Shown here: positions 34,688-48,335 of the stretch, in pieces
Position numbering within the stretch: the first letter of the stretch is position 1
How the letters are laid out: each line of letters opens with the position of its first letter
NCBI GenBank assembly: GCA_963778795.1
Contig: CAVZVU010000006.1
Coordinates: 201,184-265,183 of the forward strand
Source: an uncultured Pseudomonadota bacterium
GTDB taxonomy: Bacteria; Myxococcota_A; Polyangia; Fen-1088
Reading direction: 5' to 3'
DNA length: 64,000 nt
Position numbers and translations under genes: made by a program
The notes under the pieces: model-generated
The model's database searches: none
What the model was told of the DNA's origin: nothing
What the model saw: the letters and a program-made list of their open reading frames with translations, nothing else

Positions 34688-34866
34688 CCCGACCTTCCGG
34701 CATCGGGTGCGGACCCGAGCTCAGCCGCGCCGGTTCGCCACGCCCACCCGTCGATTTGTGGGCCGCCGGGGCCCTGCGCGAGGTGCGTCACACGAGGGCG
34801 GAGGTGCGATAACCCCGGCGACTCGGGTTGGCCTTTCCGCTCTGGATCGAGTTAAATCACTCCACC

Positions 34867-35728
34867 GTGTTCAACCTCGGAATGGGCGAGATCACCGTGA
34901 TTCTGCTCCTCGCCCTGATCTTTCTCGGGCCGAAGCGGCTGCCGGAGCTCGCCTCGGGTCTGGGCAAGATCATCCGCGACATCCGCAAGGCGACGAACGA
35001 CGTCAAGAACGAGATCCAGCTCGACGACGCGATCCGCAAACCGTTCGAAGAGTTGCGCGACGCCGTGACCCTGCATCCCGAGGAGCTGAAACGCCGGGAT
35101 CGTATCCGGAAAGACCTGGAGGACGCCAAGCGCAAGGCCGAGGCCGATCTGGCGATCCCTGGCCGCCAGCGCCAGCGCGGAGGGGACCTCCGGCGAGGCG
35201 GGGAGCGCCGCGCTGGGCGACACGGCGGCCACCGCGGAGCCGAACGGCGCCGTCCCGAGTGCGCTCACCGCAAGCAGCCCGTCGGGTGGCCTGCCGGTAC
35301 CGCCGCCGTTTCTCACCGCTGGCGTGCCAGTGCCACCCCCCTTCCCCCCGCCGGGCTCGGGCCCCACGGCGGTGCCCCCGCCGTTTTCCACTCACCACGC
35401 GCCCGGCTCCGGTCCGGTCGCCGCCGGCGGCGCTATCCCTCCGCCATTTCACGGGCCCGGCTCCGGTCCCGTCGCGACGACGTCGTCGCCGCCCGGAACG
35501 GTGCCCGCAGGACCCCGCGTCCCGCCGGCGCCGCGGCCGGTTCGCCCGCCGGTGGCCGCCGCGCCCGCGCCGGTGCCGCAGCGCACGTCGGTGACCCAGT
35601 TTCTCTCCGAGGCCGATCTGATTCCGCCCGACGCTCCGCCTCCGCTACCGCCGCCGGTTCCCGGAAACACGGGCAAGGTCCCGGCGGCCGCTGCCCCGCA
35701 TGAAGACAAGAAAGACGACGCCAGCTGA
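34867..35728 (+). CDS. tatB: twin-arginine translocase subunit TatB-like with Pro-rich tail (one frame break)
   Basis: It starts at GTG 34867. The N-terminus is MFNLGMGEITVILLLALIFLGPKRLPELASGLGKIIRDIRKATNDVKNEIQ (TatB-type MFxxG..GPxRLP). A +1 break at ~35160 leads into ASASAEGTSGEAG..PVPPPFPPPGSGP.. Confidence 0.8.
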
Positions 35729-35856
35729 TCGGAACGCCGCGTGCGTTCGCTGCCCGTGCTGCCTAGTCCCGCCGGTGTCCCCGAGACGTCCCCCAAAACG
35801 AGGAGCCATTCCTGACCACCGCCCCGCAAAGTGAGCCCGAAGTCGACGAGGCTCGG

Positions 35857-36656
35857 ATGTCGTTCATGGACCACCTGGGCGAGCTGCGCCGCGCCTGCGC
35901 AACGCGGCCATCGTGTTCCTGCTGGCGGTCGTGGGGTCGTTCTTCGTCGTCAAACACTACTTCGACTACCTGACGCGGCCGGCGCGCCAGGCGTGGATGG
36001 TCGCGCTCTCGGGGCAAGAGCCGGTCTTCCGCTTCGCCAGCCCGACCGAGCCGTTCTGGGTCTACACGAAGCTCGCGATGTATGGCGCGCTGTTGATCTC
36101 GAGCCCCTTCATCTTCTGGGAGCTCTGGAAGTTCATCGCGCCCGGCCTCTACAAGAAAGAGAAGCGGGTGGCGCTCGCCGTCACCATCGCCACGGCGACC
36201 TTCTTTCTCGTCGGGGCGTTCTTCGGCTACCGCGTGCTCTCGACGCCGGCGCTGACCTACATGCTGTCGTTCGCCGAGATCTTCCCCGGCAGCTTGCACT
36301 TCAAGATCGAGCCGGCGGTGATGATGGACGAGGTGGTTGGCTTCATGCTGGCCATGCTGCTGGGCACCGGCGTCGCCTTCGAGCTGCCGGTGGTGCTGGC
36401 GGTGCTGGGTTGGCTGGGTATCGTCAACGCCCGCGCGCTCTGGCGCTTCAACAAGTACGCGCTGGTCCTGTCGGCGGTCGTCGGCGGTATTCTCACGCCG
36501 GGGCCCGACGTGCTGTCGCAGGTGCTGATGGCCGGTCCTCTGTTCGGCCTCTACAACCTTTCGATCCTGGTCGTCTGGGCCATCGAGCGGGCGCGCCGCA
36601 AGAGCCTGCAAGCGCTGGCGAAGACGACCGGCGCCGACCTCGTTCCGCTCGAGTAG
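35857..36656 (+). CDS. tatC: twin-arginine translocase subunit TatC (one frame break near the start)
   Basis: ATG 35857 gives MSFMDHLGELRRR, then one base is missing at ~35891. The body reads FLLAVVGSFF..PTEPFWVYTKLAMYGALLISSPFIFWELWKFIAPGLYKKEKR..ELPVVLAVLGWLGIV..GGILTPGPDVLSQ. Confidence 0.92.
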
Positions 36657-36671
36657 CGAGCGGCGCGCGGA

Positions 36672-37211
36672 TCAGCTGTCGCGCGCGCCGCTGTCAGGGC
36701 CGCCGGACGCCGCCTCCTGCGGCACCAGGCGGTGAAACCCGGCGGCGGCGATCGCCGAGACCAGGACCCAGAGCAGCGCCGAGTGCTGCAGCCCGCGGCG
36801 GCGCACGCGCGTCACGGCTGCCTCGAGGCGATCGAACTCGCCCTGGACCGCGGTCGTTCCGGACTGCTCGGACAGCTCGGTCTGCCGGGCGCGGATCCGG
36901 CGCACCTCGCCGCCGCTGATGCCGAAGGTGGTGTAGGCCGCGGGGAGAAACCCGATCGCCAGCGCCAGCGCCAGGCCGACGATCGCGCGCTTGACCGGAT
37001 CGCGGCGAATGTCGCGCCAGCGCCAGGAGTGCGCCAACCGCGTTCGCTCCAGCGCCTGCGCCCGATCGCGCTCGGGATCGGGACAGCGCAGGCAACCCGC
37101 TGTTCGGTCTCGATTGTACGAGAGCCCGTGGATCGGGCAGCGCACGATGTTGGCCTTCTTGTCGTTGGCCTTCTTGTCAGGGGGTGGCGAGGGCGGATCG
37201 GGCACGGCCAT
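36672..37211 (-). CDS. hypothetical membrane protein with zinc-ribbon-like N-terminus
   Basis: It starts at ATG 37211. It has a CPIHG..CLRC pair, a KKANDKKAN duplication and two hydrophobic helices (AIVGLALALAIGFLPAAY, LLWVLVSAIAAAGF). Confidence 0.6.
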   Translation of the reverse strand: MAVPDPPSPPPDKKANDKKANIVRCPIHGLSYNRDRTAGCLRCPDPERDRAQALERTRLAHSWRWRDIRRDPVKRAIVGLALALAIGFLPAAYTTFGISGGEVRRIRARQTELSEQSGTTAVQGEFDRLEAAVTRVRRRGLQHSALLWVLVSAIAAAGFHRLVPQEAASGGPDSGARDS

Positions 37212-37503
37212 GGGCCCCCAGCATAAAGCAACGAAGCGGCCGCAAAAAGGGCAGCAAAAAATTTGACGTGATTGGCGCCCCGTCGAAGATGGACGGGTGA
37301 TCTCATGATGGGCGAAGTTTCCAATAGCGACGAACGGAACCAATCCGGCTCGAAAGGGGCCATCCTGCGACGGCGCAAGCGCGGACGAACGGTCGTCGCG
37401 GCGCTGTCCCGCCGCCTGCGCGCCGCCGACGATGTGCCGGCGTCGGGCCAGATTGTGTTTCGTTCGGCCAACCAAATTCTTCGCTGAAGAGAAAGGGCGG
37501 CGG

Positions 37504-37887
37504 ATGCTCAAGCTCCTGGCCTTCGTCGTGCTTTTCGCCGGCTTCTGCTGGTTCGGGACGCAGGTTCCGCTCGGATCGCACACGCTGTTCGGTCACCTGC
37601 ACGCCATCTCCGAGACCAAGGAGTCACAAGACCTGTTCGACGGAACCAAGCAGTCGGCCGGGCCGCTGGTCGACGACATGCGCCGCCGCATCGCCGGCGT
37701 CCCGGCGCCGGCCAAAGAGCCCGGTCCCGGCGCCGGCGCGCCTGCCGACGAGGCGGCGCACACGGCATCGGCCGCATCCGATAGACGTCCCGACGGCGGC
37801 GCCGCGCAGGAGACCCTGACCGCGTCGGAGCGCCGGCGACTACGCAGGCTCATCAGCTCTGCCGAGGGCGCTTCGGCACGACGATAG
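37504..37887 (+). CDS. small hypothetical membrane-anchored protein
   Basis: It starts at ATG 37504. It has an N-terminal hydrophobic helix LKLLAFVVLFAGFCWFG and a Pro/Ala-rich tail. Confidence 0.55.
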   Translation: MLKLLAFVVLFAGFCWFGTQVPLGSHTLFGHLHAISETKESQDLFDGTKQSAGPLVDDMRRRIAGVPAPAKEPGPGAGAPADEAAHTASAASDRRPDGGAAQETLTASERRRLRRLISSAEGASARR

Positions 37888-37931
37888 CTATTGTTGTAGA
37901 TTCGGGCTCCCGCCCTGGACGGGGAACGCAT

Positions 37932-39374
37932 ATGCGATCGGCTCTTTTTCTCTGCTGCGTAGCCATGCCGATCTTCGTCGGCCTGGGTGGCAACGGCGTG
38001 GGTGTCGGCGTCGCCAGCGCCGAGCACGAGCCCACGCTCTGGAGCAGTCCACCCAAGGGGAGGAAGGCGCCGCCCCTGTCGCTGGCGGATCTCGCCGACC
38101 GCGCGCGCCCCGCGGTGGTGCACGTGCGCGGCACGACCGACGGCCCCGCCGACGGCGCCGACGCCTCGGCGGACGGCTCGCGCACGTCGATCGGCACCGG
38201 GTTCCTGATCAACAAGGACGGCTACCTGGTCACCAACGAGCACGTGATCCGCGCGGTCACCGACCTGCGCATCCGGCTGTACGACGGGCGCGAGCTACCG
38301 GCGTGCGTCGTCGGCGCCGACGCGCCGACCGACATCGCGCTGATCAAGATCGAGGCGAACGGCCCGCTGCCGGTGCTGCCGCTCGGCGACTCCGACGCCG
38401 TGCGGGTCGGCGAGACGGTGGTCGCCATCGGCAACCCGTACGGTTTCAATCACAGCGTCACCGCCGGGATCGTCTCGGCGAAGGAGCGCGTCGTCGACCG
38501 CGCGACGCTGCACGAGGCGCCGGCGCAGGACCTCTATTCGTTCTTCATCCAGACCGACGCGTCGATCAACCTCGGGAACTCGGGCGGACCGCTCATCGAC
38601 GCCAACGGAGCGGTGATTGGCGTCAACGCCGCGTTCTGGGCCGGCCATCCGCTGCAGCCGGCGCAGGGGATCGGATTCGCCATCCCGATCAACATGGCGA
38701 AGTCGCTGCTGCCGCGGCTGCGCGACAAGGGCGACGCGCCGCGCTCGTTTCTCGGCGTCGATGCGCAGCCGCTGGATTCGGCGCTGACCGGCGCGCTGAA
38801 GCTCGAGTCGACGCGCGGCGCGCTGATCGCCAGCGTCGGACGTAAGTCGCCCGCCGAGGCGGGCGGCCTGGAGCCGGGCGACGTCGTCGTGACCTGGAAC
38901 GGAACCCCGATCGCCACCAGCGAGGATCTGAAGATCGACGCGCAGCTCACGCTGCCCGGAACGCGGGTCAAGGTCGGCCTGCTGGCGCGACGGCAAGGCG
39001 ATCGAGCGCGAGGTGACGATGCGCATGGCCGAAGGGCGGTCGCTGATCCCCAGCCATCCCGCGAGCTGCTCGCGCAAGCGCGAGTCGGCCGACGGCACGC
39101 CCGACGACTTCGACGTCGCCGAGGTGCCGGCCGCCCAGGCGACCGGCCTGCCGGGGGGACGCGGGATCGCGATCGCCCAGCTGTCGGGACATGGCGCCGC
39201 GACCCAGGCGGGCCTCAAGGTCGGCGACGTGATCCTGCGGGTCGGCAAGCAGGGCGATCCGGACGTCGAACGATCTCACGACGGCGCTGCGCACGTTCAA
39301 GCTCGGCGACGACCGTCCCCATGCTGGTGCGGCGGAGCGGCTTCGACTTCTGGACCGCATTCACGCGCCGCTGA
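37932..39374 (+). CDS. HtrA/DegP-family serine protease with two PDZ domains (three frame breaks near the 3' end)
   Basis: The catalytic triad context is TNEHV, DIALIK, GNSGGPL. PDZ1 reads GALIASVGRKSPAEAGGLEPGDVVV. PDZ2, in shifted frames, reads GIAIAQLSGHGAATQAGLKVGDVILRVG / IRTSNDLTTALRTFKLGD / TVPMLVRRSGFDFWTAFTRR. The breaks are at ~38985, ~39256 and ~39311. Confidence 0.9.
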   Translation: MRSALFLCCVAMPIFVGLGGNGVGVGVASAEHEPTLWSSPPKGRKAPPLSLADLADRARPAVVHVRGTTDGPADGADASADGSRTSIGTGFLINKDGYLVTNEHVIRAVTDLRIRLYDGRELPACVVGADAPTDIALIKIEANGPLPVLPLGDSDAVRVGETVVAIGNPYGFNHSVTAGIVSAKERVVDRATLHEAPAQDLYSFFIQTDASINLGNSGGPLIDANGAVIGVNAAFWAGHPLQPAQGIGFAIPINMAKSLLPRLRDKGDAPRSFLGVDAQPLDSALTGALKLESTRGALIASVGRKSPAEAGGLEPGDVVVTWNGTPIATSEDLKIDAQLTLPGTRVKVGLLARRQGDRARGDDAHGRRAVADPQPSRELLAQARVGRRHARRLRRRRGAGRPGDRPAGGTRDRDRPAVGTWRRDPGGPQGRRRDPAGRQAGRSGRRTISRRRCARSSSATTVPMLVRRSGFDFWTAFTRR

Positions 39375-39389
39375 TGCTATGGCTTAGCC

Positions 39390-39731
39390 ATGGCGAACCC
39401 GACGACGCTCGACGAAACCACCTACCGGCATCTGCTGGACGAGACGTTCAAGCACATCGACGCCGCGTTCGAGGACGTCGACCCCGATCTGGCCGAGGTG
39501 TCGCTGGCGCTCGGGACGCTGACCATCACCTATCCCGGCAACCTGCGGATGATGCTGACGCCGCAACCGTCACCGCGCCAGCTGTGGGTCGCCTTCCGCG
39601 ACCGCGCCTGGCACTTCGACTACGACCTCGGTCAGAAGCGCTGGCTCGACGACCGCGGTCTAGGAATCGAGGTCTGCAAGCTGATCGAAGACACCACGCG
39701 CGAAGTGGCGCGCGTCGACGAGATGTCATAG
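39390..39731 (+). CDS. cyaY: frataxin-like iron donor protein CyaY
   Basis: Motifs: LDETFKHIDAAFEDVDPDL, GTLTITYPGN, QLWVAFRDRAWHFDY, WLDDRG. The 113-aa frame is intact. Confidence 0.8.
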   Translation: MANPTTLDETTYRHLLDETFKHIDAAFEDVDPDLAEVSLALGTLTITYPGNLRMMLTPQPSPRQLWVAFRDRAWHFDYDLGQKRWLDDRGLGIEVCKLIEDTTREVARVDEMS

Positions 39732-39853
39732 ATCGGGCCCTCGAGGGTCCGCCCTGACACGTCAGAAAGCGGCGCACGAGCTTCGGGGCTCGGCGCGCGA
39801 GGTACGCGCTTGCCGTCGAGCTCTTCACGCGAGACCCGAGGTCCGCTAGCGAC

Positions 39854-41536
<1,683 letters not shown>

Positions 41537-41569
41537 TCAGTTTTTGAAAATGGTGGGGGCGCGAACCAG

Positions 41570-41857
41570 CTATTCGATCACGGCGAGGATGTCGTCCTCG
41601 CGCAGGATCAGGTGCTCGTCGCCGTCGATCTTGATGTCGCTGCCCGAGTACTTCGAGAAGAGGATCTTGTCGCCGGCCTTCACCTCGAGCTTGCGCAGCG
41701 AGCCGTCCTCCTGGACCTTGCCGGTGCCGACGGCGACCACCAGCGCCTCGAGCGGCTTCTCCTTGGCGGTGTCGGGGATGTAGAGGCCACCGGCGGTCTT
41801 GGTCTGTTCTTCGAGACGCTTCACGAGAATGCGGTCATAGAGCGGTCTGATCTTCAT
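41570..41857 (-). CDS. groES: co-chaperonin GroES
   Basis: Sequence: [45 protein letters not shown]. The 95-aa frame is intact. Confidence 0.97.
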   Translation of the reverse strand: MKIRPLYDRILVKRLEEQTKTAGGLYIPDTAKEKPLEALVVAVGTGKVQEDGSLRKLEVKAGDKILFSKYSGSDIKIDGDEHLILREDDILAVIE

Positions 41858-41906
41858 GGGTCTTCTCCTTGTCTCGGGTTCCTGCGAGAGCTGCGCGCGA
41901 CGACTG

Positions 41907-42236
41907 TCAGGCGGCGCTGGGCTCGGTTCTTCTCAGTCTGCTTCTGGTCTTCTTGGCCTTGGTCGTGGTCTTGGTCGTCGAGGTCGAAGCGGCCTTCGCT
42001 TCTTTGGAGGACGAGTCCTTGCTCGCCCCCTGATCCTTGGCGCCGTTGGGCTTGGGGCCCGCGTAGAGGTCCGAGTACCAGCCGCCGCCCTTGAGGTGGA
42101 ACGAGGTCTGGCTGATCAGCTTCTCGACCTTCTTCGCCTTGCACTTGGGGCAGGTGCGGATCGGTTTGTCCGACATCTTCTGCCACTCCTCGAACTGGTG
42201 GCCGCAGGCGGAGCAGGCGTATTCGTAGATGGGCAT
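41907..42236 (-). CDS. FmdB-family zinc-ribbon protein
   Basis: It has [30 protein letters not shown] (CxxC..CxxC) and a Ser/Thr/Lys-rich tail. It is on the same strand as groES and 49 nt upstream of it. Confidence 0.85.
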   Translation of the reverse strand: MPIYEYACSACGHQFEEWQKMSDKPIRTCPKCKAKKVEKLISQTSFHLKGGGWYSDLYAGPKPNGAKDQGASKDSSSKEAKAASTSTTKTTTKAKKTRSRLRRTEPSAA

Positions 42237-42264
42237 GCGCGGGTTCCTATTTCAGTCCGCGCGT

Positions 42265-42292
42265 AGGATAAGCGCGATCCGGTGGCTGTCAA
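42265..42292 (-). promoter_or_regulatory. sigma70-like promoter candidate for fmdB-groES-groEL
   Basis: On the minus strand: TTGACA (42292-42287), 16 nt, TATCCT (42270-42265). It lies about 30 nt upstream of the fmdB ATG, in the AT-rich divergent spacer. Confidence 0.45.
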
Positions 42293-42303
42293 GCGATGCC
42301 AGA

Positions 42304-42333
42304 GAGTGCTAATAATCTGAGAATAGATTAGCA
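42304..42333. promoter_or_regulatory. CIRCE half-site plus 7-bp inverted repeat just upstream of the -35
   Basis: GAGTGCTAA (42304-42312) is an exact arm of the CIRCE consensus TTAGCACTC-N9-GAGTGCTAA, but the partner arm at N9 matches only 4/9. TGCTAAT (42307-42313) and ATTAGCA (42327-42333) form an inverted repeat. Confidence 0.35.
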
Positions 42334-42490
42334 ATTGTAATAAGTTAACGATATTCGCTCAGGTCGCGTCCGGACCTGCGCTGAAAATTTTGGGCGACGG
42401 CTTGGTCACAGAACGCTTTGCGTTTTGGCAACGCCGTGCCATCTAAGGGCCTCTTTGACCCCCAGCCACAGCCACAAAAGAGGAGAAGCC

Positions 42491-43306
42491 ATGAAATCAA
42501 TCGCCATGGGATTTGTCGCCCTGACCCTTGCCGCTTTCAGCGCCCAGGCGCGGGCGAGCGAATGGGAGGTCGATTCGGTCCACTCGTCCGTGGAGTTCTC
42601 GGTCAAGCACATGATGGTGTCGACCGCGAAGGGTCGCTTCGACAAGGTGACCGGCACGCTCAACCTCGATGACAAGAACCCGACCAAGAGCACCGTCGAG
42701 ATCGCGATCGATCCGACCTCCATCGACACCCACGAGGCCAAGCGCGACGGCCACCTCAAGTCGCCTGACTTCTTCGACGTCGCCAAGTACCCGACCGTCA
42801 CGTTCAAGTCGACGAAGATCGAGAAGGCGGGCAAGGCGAAGTTCAAGGTCACCGGCGACCTCAACATGCACGGCGTGACCAAGCCGGTGACGCTGATGGT
42901 CGAAGGGCCGTCGCCGAAGATGAAGAACATGATGGGCTCGTACAGCAGCGGCGTCAGCGCGACCGGCAAGATCAACCGCAAGGAGTGGGGCCTGACCTGG
43001 AACAAGCCGCTCGAGGCGGCTGGCGGCGTGCTCGTCGGCGACGACGTCAACCTCGACATCAACCTCGAGCTGCTCAGCAAGCCCGAGGCCCCCGCGGCCG
43101 CCGCCGCCGCCCCCGCCGCACCGGCGGCTGCTCCCGTCGCCAAGGCCGCCGCCGCCCCGGCGGCTGCTCCCGCCAAGTCCGCCGCCGCCACCCCCGCGGC
43201 TCCCGCGGCTGCCCCCGCCAAGATGGCCGCCCCCGCCGCCACCGGCATCGTTCCGGCGAAGGCCCCCGCCTCGGCTCCGGCCATGACCGCGCCCGCCAAG
43301 AAGTAA
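42491..43306 (+). CDS. YceI-family periplasmic (polyisoprenoid-binding-like) protein with Ala/Pro-rich tail
   Basis: ATG 42491 follows AAGAGGAGAAG. The signal is MKSIAMGFVALTLAAFSAQARA. The core reads WEVDSVHSSVEFSVKHMMVSTAKGRF..HLKSPDFFDVAKYPTVTFKST..GDLNMHGVTKPV. Confidence 0.88.
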   Translation: MKSIAMGFVALTLAAFSAQARASEWEVDSVHSSVEFSVKHMMVSTAKGRFDKVTGTLNLDDKNPTKSTVEIAIDPTSIDTHEAKRDGHLKSPDFFDVAKYPTVTFKSTKIEKAGKAKFKVTGDLNMHGVTKPVTLMVEGPSPKMKNMMGSYSSGVSATGKINRKEWGLTWNKPLEAAGGVLVGDDVNLDINLELLSKPEAPAAAAAAPAAPAAAPVAKAAAAPAAAPAKSAAATPAAPAAAPAKMAAPAATGIVPAKAPASAPAMTAPAKK

Positions 43307-43312
43307 GTAAAC

Positions 43313-43346
43313 GACGCGCGCGCGCTGCCTGCGCGGCGCGCGCGCT
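43313..43346. terminator. alternating-GC hairpin between convergent yceI-like gene and hisG
   Basis: GACGCGCGCGCGC..TGCCT..GCGCGGCGCGCGCGC can fold into a ~12-bp stem. It fills the whole 40-nt convergent gap. Confidence 0.35.
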
Positions 43347-44015
43347 TCAGATCACCCGGCGCAAGCGCTCGATGATGTCGTCGATGCGATCGCCGCGCAG
43401 CTTCGCGGCGACGCGGCCGACGCACAGGCGGGCCGAGACCGGGAAGATCGTCTCCACCTCGCTCAGGTGGTGCTGGCGCAGCGTCTCGCCCGATGAGACC
43501 AGATCGACGATGCGATCGGCGAGACCGACCAGCGGCGCGATCTCGATCGATCCGTAGAGCTTGATGATCTCCGCGACCGTGCCGCGCGCCTGCAGGTGGC
43601 GGCGCGTGATCTCGGGGAACTTGGTGGCGTAGCGCAGGTGCACCTGCGCCGACTCGTCGACCGGGCGGCCCTCCGGCTCGGCCACCACCATGCGGCAGCG
43701 GCCGATGCCGAGATCCAGCGGCTCGTACAGATCGCGGTCCTGCTCCTCGAGCACGTCGCGGCCGGCGATGCCCAGGTCGGCGGCACCGTGCTCGACGTAG
43801 GCCGGCACGTCGGTGTCGCGCACGATCAGCACGCGCAGGCCGAGCTCTTCGATCGGAATGATCAGCCGGCGCCCCGCGCGCGCCTTCTCGGCGGCGCCCA
43901 GATCAAGCCCGGCGCGCTTGAACAGCGGCAGGGCTTCGTCGAGGATCCGGCCGCGCGGCAGCGCGAGGGTCAGCAGCGCCTGCGACGAGCGGGCTTTCAC
44001 AGCGTCGGCTCTCAT
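43347..44015 (-). CDS. hisG: ATP phosphoribosyltransferase, short form
   Basis: It starts at ATG 44015. Motifs: LTLALPRGRIL, LIVRDTDVPAYVEHGAADLGIAG, DLVSSGETLR. The 222-aa frame is intact. Confidence 0.92.
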   Translation of the reverse strand: MRADAVKARSSQALLTLALPRGRILDEALPLFKRAGLDLGAAEKARAGRRLIIPIEELGLRVLIVRDTDVPAYVEHGAADLGIAGRDVLEEQDRDLYEPLDLGIGRCRMVVAEPEGRPVDESAQVHLRYATKFPEITRRHLQARGTVAEIIKLYGSIEIAPLVGLADRIVDLVSSGETLRQHHLSEVETIFPVSARLCVGRVAAKLRGDRIDDIIERLRRVI

Positions 44016-44047
44016 CGTGCCCGTCCCGCGCTTCTTCGTCGTCGTCG

Positions 44048-45712
<1,665 letters not shown>

Positions 45713-45751
45713 TCAAGGCGCGACGAAAGCCATGGTAAAAAGCGCCTCACC

Positions 45752-46915
45752 ATGAAGATCGAGCTGGCCCACCGCATTCGAGAGCTTCCGCCCTACCTGT
45801 TCGCCAAGATCGACGCGCTCAAGAACGAGGAGCGCAAGAAGGGGCGCGATCTCATCGACCTCGGCATCGGCGACCCCGACCTGCCGACGCCGGCCCACAT
45901 CGTCGAGGCGCTGGCCACGGCGGGGCGCGACCCGGCGAACCACCGCTATCCCTCGTACGTCGGCATGGAAGACTTTCGCCGCGCCGCCGCCGGCTTCATG
46001 AAGACGCGCTTCGGCCTGACGCTCGATCCGGCGCGCGAGGTGGTCTGCGTGATCGGCTCGAAGGAGGCCATCGCCCACTTCCCGTTCGCCTTCGTCAACC
46101 CCGGCGACGTCGTGCTGTGCCCCGACCCCGGCTACCCGGTCTACGCGACGCTGACCCGCTTCGCCGGCGGCGAGCCGTACTTCCTGCCGCTGCGCCGGAG
46201 CAGCGGCTTCCTGCCCGATCTCGACGCGATCCCGGCCGACGTCGCCCGGCGCGCGAAGATCCTCTGGATCAACTACCCCAACAACCCCACGGCCGCGCTG
46301 GCGGCGCCCGGGTTCTACGAGAAGGTCGTCGCCTTCGCGCAGAAGCACGACGTGATCGTCGCCAGCGATCTGGCCTACAGCGAGATGTACTACGAGTCGC
46401 CGCCGCCCTCGTTCCTGGAGACGCCGGGCGCCATGGAGGTCGGCATCGAGTTCCACTCGCTGTCGAAGACCTACAACATGACCGGCTGGCGCGTCGGCTG
46501 GGCGTGCGGCAACCCGACGCTGGTCGCCGGGCTCGGCCAGGTGAAGACCAACGTCGACTCGGGCTGCTTCGACGCCGTCCAGCGCGCCGCCATCGCCGCG
46601 CTGAGCGGCGATCAGTCATGCGTCGCCAAGCAGCGCGAGATCTACCGCGAGCGGCGCGACGTGCTGTGCGGCGGCCTGGCGGCGGCCGGCTTCGACGTGC
46701 TGACGCCCAAGGCCAGCTTCTACACGCTGATCGCCAACCCGCCCGGCGTGTCGTCGATCGACTTCACGGCGCGGCTGCTCACCGAGGCCGGCGTGGTCGC
46801 GACGCCGGCGACCGGCTTCGGCGCCGCCGGCGAGGGCTTCGTCCGCCTGACGGTGTGCGCCGACAAGGCTCGGCTGCGCGAGGCGGTCGAGCGTCTCAAG
46901 GCGCTCGGGATCTAG
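45752..46915 (+). CDS. dapL: class I/II aminotransferase, LL-diaminopimelate aminotransferase-like
   Basis: ATG 45752 gives IRELPPYLFAKIDALKNEERKKGRDLIDLGIGDPDLPTP. It has NYPNNPT and the PLP lysine context FHSLSKTYNMTGWRVGW. The 387-aa frame is intact. Confidence 0.8.
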   Translation: MKIELAHRIRELPPYLFAKIDALKNEERKKGRDLIDLGIGDPDLPTPAHIVEALATAGRDPANHRYPSYVGMEDFRRAAAGFMKTRFGLTLDPAREVVCVIGSKEAIAHFPFAFVNPGDVVLCPDPGYPVYATLTRFAGGEPYFLPLRRSSGFLPDLDAIPADVARRAKILWINYPNNPTAALAAPGFYEKVVAFAQKHDVIVASDLAYSEMYYESPPPSFLETPGAMEVGIEFHSLSKTYNMTGWRVGWACGNPTLVAGLGQVKTNVDSGCFDAVQRAAIAALSGDQSCVAKQREIYRERRDVLCGGLAAAGFDVLTPKASFYTLIANPPGVSSIDFTARLLTEAGVVATPATGFGAAGEGFVRLTVCADKARLREAVERLKALGI

Positions 46916-46929
46916 GCCCAATGCCCGTC

Positions 46930-47031
46930 GGTTAAACGCCAGACGCCAGGACGCCACGGTCCGGACTCTTTGAAATCCGGCCTTGGCGTCTCTGGCGTCA
47001 TGGCGTTTCTTCTTATTCCGACCAGCATTGG
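46930..47031. repeat. palindromic intergenic repeat element, copy 1
   Basis: The sequence reads GGTTAAACGCCAGACGCCAGGACGCCA..TCCGGA..TGAAA..TCCGG..TGGCGTCTCTGGCGTCATGGCGTTT..CCGACCAGCATTGG. It is ~85% identical by eye to 55338-55431 in the same orientation. The arms of GACGCCA/TGGCGTC units are self-complementary. Confidence 0.85.
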
Positions 47032-47074
47032 ATCTTGGGCGGAATGGCGCTTCCGCGCGGCTTCTCGTAGATTG

Positions 47075-48333
<1,259 letters not shown>

Positions 48334-48335
48334 GC

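Noticed and set aside
37305-37487. A 60-aa ORF (MMGEVSNSDERNQSGSKG..) in the spacer upstream of the gene at 37504.
   Set aside because: Its third-position GC is low for this genome, and it has no RBS and no recognisable family. It could be real, but the sequence alone does not support it.
42278-42312. A full CIRCE (HrcA operator) upstream of the chaperonin operon.
   Set aside because: Only one arm (GAGTGCTAA) is canonical, and the arm expected 9 nt away matches 4/9. It is reported only as a half-site.
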